From Octopus sinensis (Eukaryota), in the NCBI RefSeq assembly GCF_006345805.1, contig NW_021835062.1:1-42752 (forward strand): a stretch of 42,752 nt of DNA, read 5' to 3'. Below the pieces are notes generated by a model, which did no database searches, was not told the DNA's origin, and saw only the letters and a program-made list of their open reading frames with translations. Every line of letters starts with the position of its first letter. The first letter of the stretch is position 1. A program made the position numbers and the translations under genes. Positions 11,277 to 22,850 of the stretch are shown here, one piece after another.

Positions 11277-11960
11277 TTATTTATTGTCATCATTTTTTTC
11301 TTTCGAAGTTGGATCTTCCAGATATGTATTTTGCCAACCACGGATGCATTCTTCCATTTGGTTATTCAAACTTCGAAGCTGGTTGTTTAAATTCTCGTAG
11401 TGTTGCTCGTCTGATAAACATAGGTCCGTTTTCCTATAGGTATGCACACCATCTGCGGGTTCCGTGGTTTCGGAGCTCATTGTTCTAAATGAAGAGAATC
11501 TTTTTTCGTAAACCTGGTTTTTCGCATGCACATCTTTAAATTCCTCTTTTAGCATTTTGTATTCGTCTTCCATTTGCTTATATTTCTGGTTTTCTTGAAG
11601 CAACTTAGCGTATTTTTCCTTCAAGTCTTTAATTTCTTTATCACTATATTGTTTGTGTCTTTCTTGGGCTTCCTTTAAGCTGTTTAATTCTGCTTCTATA
11701 ATCTGACATTTCTCCTCTTTCTCTCCCAAAGCCGAAGCTAACTCTTCTTTTTCTGCATCGATTTTTTCCATTTTCATCGAAAGTCGTTTATTATCTTCAA
11801 GTTCTGAGGCCAGTTTTGCTTGCAATTGTTCTAAAGTGGAATAAATATTTTTTTCTAGTTTTGTCAGAAAAACTTTGTTTTCTTTTATATTCCTTAAATC
11901 TTGTTGTCGTTTTTCTTTGTCTTCGTTTATTCTGGCCATCAATAATTCAGGAGTCTCCAT
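11277..11960 (-). CDS. Uncharacterised 227-aa coiled-coil protein (single coding exon)
   Basis: Uninterrupted, non-repetitive ORF rich in E/K/L/Q with heptad-like periodicity over roughly residues 10-155. Start context is acaagATGG, AATAAA overlaps the stop, and a possible upstream acceptor lies near 12063. Confidence 0.7.
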   Translation of the reverse strand: METPELLMARINEDKEKRQQDLRNIKENKVFLTKLEKNIYSTLEQLQAKLASELEDNKRLSMKMEKIDAEKEELASALGEKEEKCQIIEAELNSLKEAQERHKQYSDKEIKDLKEKYAKLLQENQKYKQMEDEYKMLKEEFKDVHAKNQVYEKRFSSFRTMSSETTEPADGVHTYRKTDLCLSDEQHYENLNNQLRSLNNQMEECIRGWQNTYLEDPTSKEKNDDNK

Positions 11961-12448
11961 CTTGTTTGTTCTTCTTTCAGATCAAATAATATATATATTT
12001 TTTTCCTTATTTTCTTTTCTTTGGGAATTCAGTTTTATCTCTTTCCGTTTTGTATTTGATCTCTTCAGGAGAGTTAAAGAAATAGAGATGTATACAGAAA
12101 CTAACATGCACTATTATACACAAACATACACATGGTGTAACACATGTATATATGCGATTGTTTGTGCATGAGTGTAATGTGTATATCTATGACATTGTGT
12201 ATATGTTAGAGAGTATGTATGTCATTACAATGTACCATACACACACCACACACATACATATGTATGTATTTATATGTCTATGCTTATGTATGTATTTATA
12301 TGTATAGACGCAGTTTAGCATACAAACATTAATATTTATACAAATTTACATACGTATATAAATATGTAAAGATTTATGTACAATTTATTGAACCTATGAA
12401 AGTTATATGCGTATTTATCGGATCGTACATACACATATTTATGTCTAC

Positions 12449-12493
<45 letters not shown>

Positions 12494-12689
12494 GCTATAT
12501 CTCTCTATCTCTATCTCTCTATCTCTATCTCTCATTCTCTCTCTAATACACACACACACACACATACACACAGCGAAAGAAAGAGAGATAGATAGAGAAC
12601 CGAGAGATCAAAGCAGAGAGAAATGGGTAGGTCGAAAATGTAAGAGCGAAAGACAGAGAAATAGCCTGAGAAATACATATATGTGTGTG

Positions 12690-12778
12690 TAATTTATATT
12701 AGATAGATAGATAGATAGATAGATAAATAAATAGATAGATAGATAGATAGCTATATAAATAGATAGATAGATAGATAG

Positions 12779-12816
<38 letters not shown>

Positions 12817-12867
12817 ATAAATAGATGTGTATTTTGTATATGAATTCACACACACATATATACATAG

Positions 12868-12935
<68 letters not shown>
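12690..12935. repeat. (GATA)n microsatellite
   Basis: Seen directly. Confidence 0.95.
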
Positions 12936-12937
<2 letters not shown>

Positions 12938-13297
12938 CAAATATGTCATTATTACGTATATTGACAAGAAATGACGTTAGCAGTAAGAATCTGAAAATAA
13001 AATAGAAACAACAGATGCAACCACACCAGCGCCGCCGCCGCTACCAACAACAGCAACAACAAATGGAATACGGACACTTTTCAAATCGACATCATCATCA
13101 TCATCATCATCACCATGAACAACTAAAACTACAACAACAAAGGAAACATTAAAAAAACAAAAAAACAGCAAAAATAGCCAGGAAATGTCCATTTGATAGA
13201 ATAGAGACTGAAGATAATGGAGTACACTTTAGTTAGAGCAGATATTTCTAGGAATCTCAGAGGGACTATATTTGTGTGTGCGTGCATGCGTGCGTGC

Positions 13298-13350
<53 letters not shown>

Positions 13351-13435
13351 TATGTGTGTGTATGTGTGTTGTGTGTGTGCATTTATGTGCAAAAGAACGT
13401 GTGTATATTTATATATATATATATATATATATATC

Positions 13436-13614
13436 AAGAGTGGCTGTGTGGTAAGTAGCTTGTTTACCAACCACATGGTTCCGGATTCAGTCCCACTGCG
13501 TGGCACCTTGGGCAAGTGTCTTCTGTTATAGCCTCGGGCCGACCAAAGCCTTGTGAGTGGATTTGATAGACGGAAACTGAAAGAAGCCCGTCGTGTGTGT
13601 TTGCGTAAGTGTGG

Positions 13615-13655
<41 letters not shown>

Positions 13656-13825
13656 TGTGTGTGTATGTTTGTGTTTATCCTTCCGGCATCGCTTGACAAC
13701 CGACGCTGGTTTGTTTACGTCACCGTAACTTAGCGTTTCGGCTAAAGAGACCAATAGAATAAGTTCTAGGCTTAAAAAGAATAAGTTCTGGAACCGATTT
13801 GGTTGATTAAAGGCGGTAAAAGTAT
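13436..13825 (+). mobile_element. Family-A SINE
   Basis: gagtggctgtgtggtaagtagc...ccttgggcaagtgtctt...; tail partly deleted. Confidence 0.85.
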
Positions 13826-13881
13826 AAAAGAATATATATATATATATGTATATATATACACACACACACACTCACATACAG

Positions 13882-13982
<101 letters not shown>

Positions 13983-14465
13983 TCAATGCACACATACACG
14001 GAGGCACACTATCTTTTTCCTTAAATGGCATGTGAATCCTGGAGATTACCTGATTCATGAGATTATCCATTCTTCCAATTTGAAATCGGTCGCAATTACC
14101 AGCAGCCATTCATTTGCTTTTCTTGAATCGAAAATAAATTTTTAAAAATCAAGAGTCCATCTTGTGCGTTATTTAATATATCTTTATTCTTCTTTGCTGT
14201 CTAAATTTATATCAACGATCACCCTGAATTATTTTTCTAAAAATAAAAATCTATTTCTAACATTTCAAATTATCCACCTAAAATTGCTTTGTAAGGAATT
14301 TCGAAAGAATTAATCACCTTGCTAGTACTTGCACTGTTAGGCTCATTAGACAAACCAATTTTGCTGAGACCTTGGTTTCTATACGTTATAAATAACTATA
14401 AAATACAAACCTTTCTTAAGGCTAAACATGGGTATTCTGCTTTCATAATAGTGTTTAAAAAAAGG

Positions 14466-14618
14466 GGGCGCAGGCGTAGTAAGAAGCTTGCTTTCCAACC
14501 TCATGGTTCTGGGTTCAATCCCACTGCGTGGCACTTTGGACAAGTGTGTTTTACCATAGCCTCGGGCCAAGAAAAAACTTGAGTGCGGATTTAGTAGACG
14601 GAAATTGAAAGAAGCCCG

Positions 14619-14620
<2 letters not shown>
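14466..14620 (+). mobile_element. Family-A SINE, 5' half
   Basis: Head and core up to gaaagaagcccg, then a TA tract. Confidence 0.75.
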
Positions 14621-14651
<31 letters not shown>

Positions 14652-14655
<4 letters not shown>

Positions 14656-14933
14656 TTTTCTAGTTTCAGGTCAGAGCTGCAGCCATGCTGATGCACCGCC
14701 GTTTTGTGCTACACTGTTATTACGACGAACCTCGTCTAATATGTGGCACTTGGTGAAGAATGGAGTTTGATACAGCTACTCTCATTTGCACCTCTTGCCG
14801 TGAGGTAGGTTCATCTGGGACTCTTGACAGGAAGATGTCCAGCTTTGATTTAAAAACCGCTACATCTACTTTGTGCAAGTTCCTCAGACTCTTTGGGAGA
14901 ATATTAAAAAGCTGTGGGCCCTTGAAACCCAGG

Positions 14934-14935
<2 letters not shown>
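14652..14935 (-). mobile_element. 3' end of a LINE (CR1/L2/Jockey-group-like ORF2 C-terminus plus 3' tail)
   Basis: SLGFKGPQLFNILPKSLRNL...FKSKLDIFLSRVPDEP is typical of the LINE ORF2 C-terminus; a short 3' UTR and A-tract follow. Confidence 0.75.
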
Positions 14936-14966
<31 letters not shown>

Positions 14967-15009
14967 GGATAATGGAACTGCAACTAAATATCTTATATTT
15001 TTATTTCTA

Positions 15010-15497
15010 CATTCATTCTCCTGCAGTCTTAAAATCATTTGGACGGAGAAAATATAAATTCTGTAGACGAGGTCAGAACAGTACGGGAGGAGTATTTTAC
15101 GGAACGGATAAGTGAATTTTGGAAGAGGGGCCTTGCAGGTCTAGCAGATATATGGAAGAGCATTGTAGAAAATGAAAGAGAGTATTAATTACGTTTATAT
15201 ATTTGTCTTGCAAAATTTTTGATGTGAAATCGTGTGTTGAAACAGATAGTGTTGTATTTAGGAATGGTCATTTTTCCAGTTTAGCCAATAAAAACACGCA
15301 CTATATATTCGGTAATATAAATGTAAAAAATAAATAACGCTGAAGCAAAGTAACACCAAATATACAGTGCGTGTGTTTTTATTGGCTAAACTGACAGAAG
15401 GAGAGTATATTTTAGATTAAAAAGAAGTGTTTATCTTAATTTTGAAAAATAAATGAAATCTAAAAAAAAACTGCATTATTTATGGGATCACCCAATA
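15010..15497 (+). mobile_element. Mariner transposase C-terminal remnant with right TIR, interrupted
   Basis: NHLDGENINSVDEVRTVREEYF...EFWKRGLAGLADIWKSIVENEREY, resuming as EGEYILD* at 15397. TIR-like end ttatttatgggatcacccaata. Confidence 0.7.
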
Positions 15498-15802
15498 TAA
15501 TCAATTACTGGCACAGTAACAGAGTTTGGTTTTAGAATATATTTCTGGGTACATAGCAACAGTACGTAATAGACAGGTGTAAAGATCTTGTCTGCAGATA
15601 ACATACCTGTATGTAGAGAAAAATGTAGAACAAGTGGATAGATTTCAGTCCTTATGCAGCGATTTCCTCACCGACTGATCCTTAATCCCTTTAACCGTTC
15701 ATGATCATACTGCTTATAAAGGATCTATTACTAAGGGCTTATATTGGTTAGAGCGATTTCTAGTTCCTATTTTACTGACCATGGCTATATTTTATATAAA
15801 AG

Positions 15803-16007
15803 CAGTGTTTACGTCTGTCGAAAGAACTCCGCAGCCAGTATGCCGCAGCACACTGGCGTGCCATGAGACGATGTTAGGTGTGCCGCAGTATAACTTCAAT
15901 ATAATTTTCTTCCCGATACTTTTAGTTATATATTTAGTTCCGGTGTGCCGCCGAATTTTGTAAACAATATAAGTGGGCAGCAAGTGCAGAAAGGTAGCGG
16001 AGCACTG
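15803..16007. mobile_element. Possible hAT-type MITE
   Basis: CAGTG...CACTG termini with repeated (g)tgccgc subterminal motifs; no clear 8-bp TSD. Confidence 0.4.
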
Positions 16008-16019
16008 GTCTATATATAC

Positions 16020-16804
16020 ATTTCTTTACTACCCACAAGGGGCTAAACACAGAGGGGACAAACAAGGACAGACAAACGGATTAAGTCGAATACATCGACT
16101 CCAGTGCGTAACTGGTACTTAATTTATCGACCCCGAAGGGATGAAAGGCAAAGTCAACCTCGGCGGAATTTGAACTCAGAACGTAACGGCAGACGAAATA
16201 CATATTTCTTTACTACCCAGAAGGAGCTAAACACAGAGAGGACAAACGAGGACAGACAAACGGATTAAGTCGATTATGTCGACCCCAGTGCGTAACTGGT
16301 ACTTAATTTATCGACCCCGAAAGGATGAAAGGCAAAGTCGACCTCGGCGGAATTTGAACTCAGAACGTAGCGGCAGGTGAAATACCTATTTCTTTACTAC
16401 CCACAAAGGGCTAAACACAGGGAGGACAAAGAAGGATAGACAAACGGATTAAGTCGATTACATCGACCCAGTGCGTAACTGGTACTTAATTTATCGACCC
16501 CGAAAGAATGAAAGGCAAAGTCGACGTCGGCGGAATTTGAACTCAGAACGTAGCGGCAGACAAAATACGTATTTCTTTATTGTCCACAAGGGGCTAAACA
16601 CAGAGGGGACAAACAAGGACAGACAAACGGATTTAAGTCGATTACATCGACCCCCAGTGCGTAACTGGTACTTAATTTATCGACCCCCAATGGATGAAAG
16701 GCAAAGTCGACCTCGGCGGAATTTGAACTCAGAACGTAGCGGCAGACGAAATACCGCTTAGCATTTCTCCCAGCGTGCTAACGTTTCTGCCAGCTCGCCG
16801 CCTT
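16020..16804 (-). mobile_element. Family-B SINE tetramer (one head plus four 183-184-bp bodies)
   Basis: Unit starts at ~16019, 16203, 16387 and 16570; single head at ~16750-16804; flanks share ctggtct...tataca. Confidence 0.9.
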
Positions 16805-17384
16805 CTGGTCTCTCTATATATATATACAGTATTAGCTAAAATCTACAGATCTATTCTGGAGCACAGTACAGAATATTCATATATCCTTGTATATGCATAA
16901 CAACTATGTGAATGTGCGCGCGTGTGTGTATGAAAGCGTTTGCGAAATGTGAACGGGTGTGTGTCGGGATAGGGGTGGTGGTCATATGTGTCTGTAAATG
17001 TAATTGCGTGAAACTATGTGCGCGCATGCGTCTTTTTGTAGGCATCTCTTTATCTCTTTTAATTTGGTTTGTTTTGGAATGGTGGGGTCGATGTACACAG
17101 CCGTCTGTGTATCTGTTTATTTGTCACTTGTATTTCTGTATTTCTGTGTGTCATTATGTCCACCAGCCGAGTTTCTGAGAGGTCGGTGTGTGTATATATA
17201 TATATGCATGCATCTCTGTATACGTGGGTGTGCATCAGTATGTGTGTGTGTGTGTGGTGTGTGTGTCCGGTGTAGGTTTGTTTAGAAGAAATTCTGTACA
17301 CAGCTGTCGAAGTTTCAATCGCTGTACATGTTTCCACATCACTCACTGCTCCTGGTACGACACCCAGTTTTATAGAGTGGCGCA

Positions 17385-18350
17385 GTGGTGGTGGTGGTGG
17401 TTGTGGTGGTTATGGTGGTGGCGGCGATAGAGTTGATGGTAGCAATGGTGGGGTGTAATGGTGAGGTATAATGACTATTGTGATGATGGTTGATGTGTTA
17501 GTGATGGGTGTGGTGGTTGTAGTGGTAGTGGTGGTGGTGGTGGTGGTGGTGGTGGTGGTGGTGGTGGTGGTTATGGTGGTGGTGGCGATAGAGTTGATGG
17601 TAGCAATGGTGGGGTGTAATGGTGAGGTATAATGACTATTGTGATGATGGTTGATGTGTTAGTGATGGGTGTGGTGGTTGTAGTGGTAGTGGTGGTGGTG
17701 GTGGTGGTGGTGGTGGTGGTGGTGGTGGTGGTTATGGTGGTGGTGGCGATAGAGTTGATGGTAGCAATGGTGGGGTGTAATGGTGAGGTATAATGACTAT
17801 TGTGATGATGGTTGATGTGTTAGTGATGGGTGTGGTGGTTGTAGTGGTAGTGGTGGTGGTGGTGGTGGTGGTGGTGGTGGTGGTGGTTATGGTGGTGGTG
17901 GCGATAGAGTTGATGGTAGCAATGGTGGGGTGTAATGGTGAGGTATAATGACTATTGTGATGATGGTTGATGTGTTAGTGATGGGTGTGGTGGTTGTAGT
18001 GGTAGTGGTGGTGGTGGTGGTGGTGGTGGTGGTGGTGGTGGTGGTTATGGTGGTGGTGGCGATAGAGTTGATGGTAGCAATGGTGGGGTGTAATGGTGAG
18101 GTATAATGACTATTGTGATGATGGTTGATGTGTTAGTGATGGGTGTGGTGGTTGTAGTGGTAGTGGTGGTGGTGGGTGGTGGTGGTGGTGGTGGTGGGTG
18201 GTGGTGGTGGTTATGGTGGTGGTGGCGATAGAGTTGATGGTAGCAATGGTGGGGTGTAATGGTGAGGTATAATGACCATTGTGATGATGGTTGATGTGTT
18301 AGTGATGGGTGTGGTGGTTGTAGTGGTAGTGGTGGTGGTGGTGGTGGTGG
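17385..18350. repeat. Tandem repeat, six ~160-bp units separated by (GGT)n
   Basis: The unit ttatggtggtggtggcgatagagttgatggtagcaatgg...gtagtggtagt starts at ~17410, 17571, 17732, 17887, 18045 and 18211. Confidence 0.95.
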
Positions 18351-18838
18351 TTGAGGTGGTTGTGGTGGTGGTGGTGGTGGTGGTGGTGGTTGAGGTGGTT
18401 GTGGTGGTGGTGGTGGCGGTGGTGGTGAAGTCGGCGGATGCGATTGACATGGCTTTCGGATGATTCTGGTGATGATAATGCTGATGTTGATGCTGATGCT
18501 GATGCTGATGCTGTTGCTGATGGTGATGATGTTGGTGGGGTGGTGGTGGTGGTGGTGGTGGTGGTGGTGGTGGTGGGATTGATTGCTGCGAGGGTAAAAA
18601 GGGGATGGAGTTAGGAAAGAACCGAAGAAGTCAAAAACAGTGGTAAGAGAGAAAAAAAGAGCAAGGGAGAGAGAGAGAGGGAAAGAGAAGAAATGAGTAA
18701 AAAGATGTTGATGATGATGATGGTGGTGGTGGTAGTGATGGTGGAGGGGTGAGGGCGGCGTTGGTGGCCACAAAAGCGTCGGCGGCGATGATGGTAAAGG
18801 TAATAAGGTAGACTGGAAATCTAGAAGATGGTAGGCAA

Positions 18839-19617
<779 letters not shown>

Positions 19618-19639
19618 AAAGGAAGGTGTTTTGTGAGTA

Positions 19640-20130
19640 GAAAACGAAGTGAAATGAGCCGTGACAAGTAAAAGAGCTATTGTTGACGGCATGTGTTCAT
19701 CCATCCGTGGAGATTAAATACATTATGAAGCACGACGAAGCACCGAGAAAATTGGCCAACGGGAATTGCAACGATGTCGCGTTGAAGTACTGAAATATTT
19801 AACAATTGAAATGGTCGAGTGGCACAACAGTCGCTTCTTCGATTAATAAAACATATTTTATCATGCTGCTCTGCTTTCTGATTGAGACTCTTTAACTCGG
19901 GAGCGGAATTTTATTAAGAGAAATAAATTAAAAGAACGAAACAACGATAGAAAAACAAAAAAAAACATGGCGTATTTTTTTAACGCTATCTTTTCTCTTT
20001 TCTCTTTTTTGGTTTTTCTGACCATGTCTTCTTCCGTCATGGTGTTCTGTCTTTAATCAACGTTTCGTCGTTTGTTCGTTGTTGTTTTAAAAAATCTGCC
20101 TTGATTGCGGCATGCAGATTGTAGGTATGT
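19640..20130. promoter_or_regulatory. Possible promoter / first-exon region
   Basis: Unique, relatively CpG-containing stretch with a YY1-like aaacatggcg (19963-19972) and a plus-strand donor-like AG|GTATGT at 20125. Inference only. Confidence 0.2.
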
Positions 20131-20534
20131 GTATATATCAGATAGCTGCCGACTGTCATTGTATGGTGGTGGTGTTGTTGTTGATGTTGTTGTTGTTGGT
20201 GGTGGTGGTGGTGGTGGTAAGTCCTCAGCAGACTGATTCAGAAATCTGAGCTCGATTCTTATTTGGAATTGTACTAATAAAGGGTAAATAAGAAATATTC
20301 GAGATTTAATTACATATATCTTGTCGGTATATCATATGTAATTTTTCTCTTAATACACTTAATACATACATACATACATACATACATACATACATACATA
20401 CATACATACATACATACATACATACATACATACATACATACATACATACATACATACATGCATGCATACATAGATACATACATACATACATACAAACATA
20501 CATGCATATGTGCATACATACATACATACATACA

Positions 20535-20565
<31 letters not shown>

Positions 20566-20774
20566 CAGGGACGTGCCGTCTAGATAGGCAAAGTAGACAG
20601 TGCCTTGGATGAAATACATCGATAGCAACATTTTCCTTTTATGTTGACTGGGAGGACACAAACATGGTTTAAACAGTAAGCTTGGCAGGAAAGAAACATG
20701 CCTTTAAGCAGTACAAAAACAACAAAAAATGAACGGTGCAGTTATGTACAGGTTGACGGAAGAAAAGCAGGACA

Positions 20775-20956
20775 AAAACGGCTTTATCGATCGCATTCTC
20801 ACCTGGAATCGATTTTTGTAATTTTTCTAGGTTTATACACACCCTGATACCGTCGGTATCTACATATCAAATTTGAGCGCAATCGGATGGAGGATGCCCG
20901 AGATCTGAGAAGACACACACACAGACAGACAGACAGAACGGATTTTATATAAGAGA
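20775..20956 (-). mobile_element. Helitron-like family 2, 5' part
   Basis: Shares ggctttatcgatcgcattctcacctgg...cagaacggattttatata with 35745-35899; the minus-strand 5' end is TC...TATATAAAATCCG. Confidence 0.6.
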
Positions 20957-20960
20957 TATA

Positions 20961-21620
20961 CTAGCTTAAGGTGACCCTCTCTACGCGCGGGTGAGGGTGT
21001 GGTTGTTACTTTCTGTTGCTTCCTTTCCGTTTCTTATCGCCACATTCTCCCTTTTTATTTCTCTCTCCTTTCTCTCTCACTTTCCCGGTCTCTTACTCTT
21101 CCTTTCTCTCAGACTCTCCCTTGCTTCTCTTACTCTCTATCTTTCTTTATCTATCTCTCTCCCATTTATAAAAAAAAAAACGAAAAATCTTAAGTAAGTT
21201 GAGAAAGAATAATATTTTGAAAGATCAATCATAATTATCAGGCAGTGACAACGGAAAGCACACTTGCCTTTTGTACGTGCCACTATTTGAGTGATTAAAA
21301 ATAAGGAAAAAAAGGATTTCTTTGTTAAATTTAGTACTTATTTGGGGAATTTTTCAACGATTGACCATGCAAATGAAATCTCTAAACACGGGCTACATGC
21401 AGCTGTAAATTTCTTTCAGAAAAATTGAAAACTGTAAACAATAAAAAATAAAAGTCAAAAATACGTAAAAACGAGAAATATCTTTTCAACTTCAAAAATC
21501 TTGCCTTAATTTTCAAAATTTCGAACCCATTTTCCGCGCTTAAATTACAAATCCGGTCCCACTTTACCATGTTGAAAATTTGATTGAAATCGGGCAAAAG
21601 GTGTCTCATTGTTTGTTTAC
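20961..21620 (-). mobile_element. Helitron-like element (3' end evident, far boundary uncertain)
   Basis: A|CTAG at 20960-20964 with an adjacent accc...gggt subterminal hairpin. Confidence 0.4.
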
Positions 21621-22060
21621 ATTTGGCGTCTTAGATACGAAACTTCGTAACAAAATCAGTGCTAGCTATAATTTCTATCGAAAATCTGTAGAGAGAACCT
21701 TAACACATGATGTAAGAGCACTGCTAACACAGTAGAATACGGTATTGACTTATGAAAGCGTTTAATATACTTTGTAGTATATTTAATATACTTTATGGTT
21801 GCATAACGAAATGCCGCGTCCCTACAACTTACAAAATTTAGAATAGAAAGTTGCATTTTATCACATCTGTTCAGAAATTGACAATGTTTTCCATGAGTAA
21901 GAAATAAGAATAATATTAGATTTATTGATTAAATACCATACATAAATTTCATTTGCTCAGACACATTTACAAGTAATTCAGTTTTTGTTCTAGATTCTTA
22001 CTGTTCTTGAAAAACCTCTAATCTCTGGAACTATTTTTTATATTTTTGTCGTTTACATAG

Positions 22061-22850
22061 GTTCCTCTGCTACGATCTATGAGAGCGCTTTTATTGCACC
22101 TAGTGCCTGTACGAGAGGTTCTCTCAAGGCCAATACCGCAGTATACGGTGTTCTATCAAGATATAAAGATTGCCTTTTGGTACGAATACTGCTTCCGTCG
22201 CTAATAATTTACTTTCTAATAAACCTGCTGACTATTTACAAGAGCAGCGTCTGAAAAGATGCTGACATTCTATAGATTGTAGCAACAAATTAAGCCTTAA
22301 GAAATCGAACACCACCCACTGATGATGTCCAGTACATTGAAATTACGTGATATGATAGTTCCAGCGCCCATAACAGACGATTCTCGTCTGCTACGATCTA
22401 TGTTTGTGCTTTTATGTACCAAGCGACTATATGAGAAGTACTTTCAAGGCTAATAACGCAGTATACGATGCTTTAAAAAGATATCCAAACTGAATTTGGA
22501 TATAAAGATTGTCTGATAATTCTTAAATCGCTAATAATTTGTTTTTGATAAGCCTGCTGGCTATGAGAGAAACATCAATGCCTGAAAAGATACTGATATT
22601 CTATATATCGTAGCAGCGAGATTTGCCTGGCATGCGGTGACCTAACGCCTTCCACTGATAATATCCAATACACTGAAATCAAGGGATATGAGAGTTCCGG
22701 CGCCCATAAAAGAGATTCTCGCCTGTTACAATCTATGTCTGTGCTTTTATGCACCAAATGCCTATATGAGAATTTCTCCCAAAACTAAAAATGCAGTATT
22801 CGATATTCTAACAAGACATCCACGTTAAGTTGGATATAATGTTTGCCGTT
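22061..22850. repeat. Diverged ~321-335-bp tandem repeat (2.4 units) with internal inverted arms
   Basis: The motif tctgctacgatctatg or a variant occurs at 22066, 22387 and 22722; colinear similarity runs throughout. Confidence 0.85.

Noticed and set aside
16020-16804. CRISPR-like array
   Set aside because: The units are full-length SINE bodies with no unique spacers, the context is eukaryotic, and there are no cas genes.
18045-18773. 242-aa Pro/His-rich protein
   Set aside because: It is low-complexity, has a non-ATG start, and runs through (GGT)n tracts and the tandem repeat.
22320-22400. Box C/D snoRNA (TGATGA at ~22320)
   Set aside because: The box C is not conserved in the next repeat unit and there is no suitably placed CTGA with a terminal stem.
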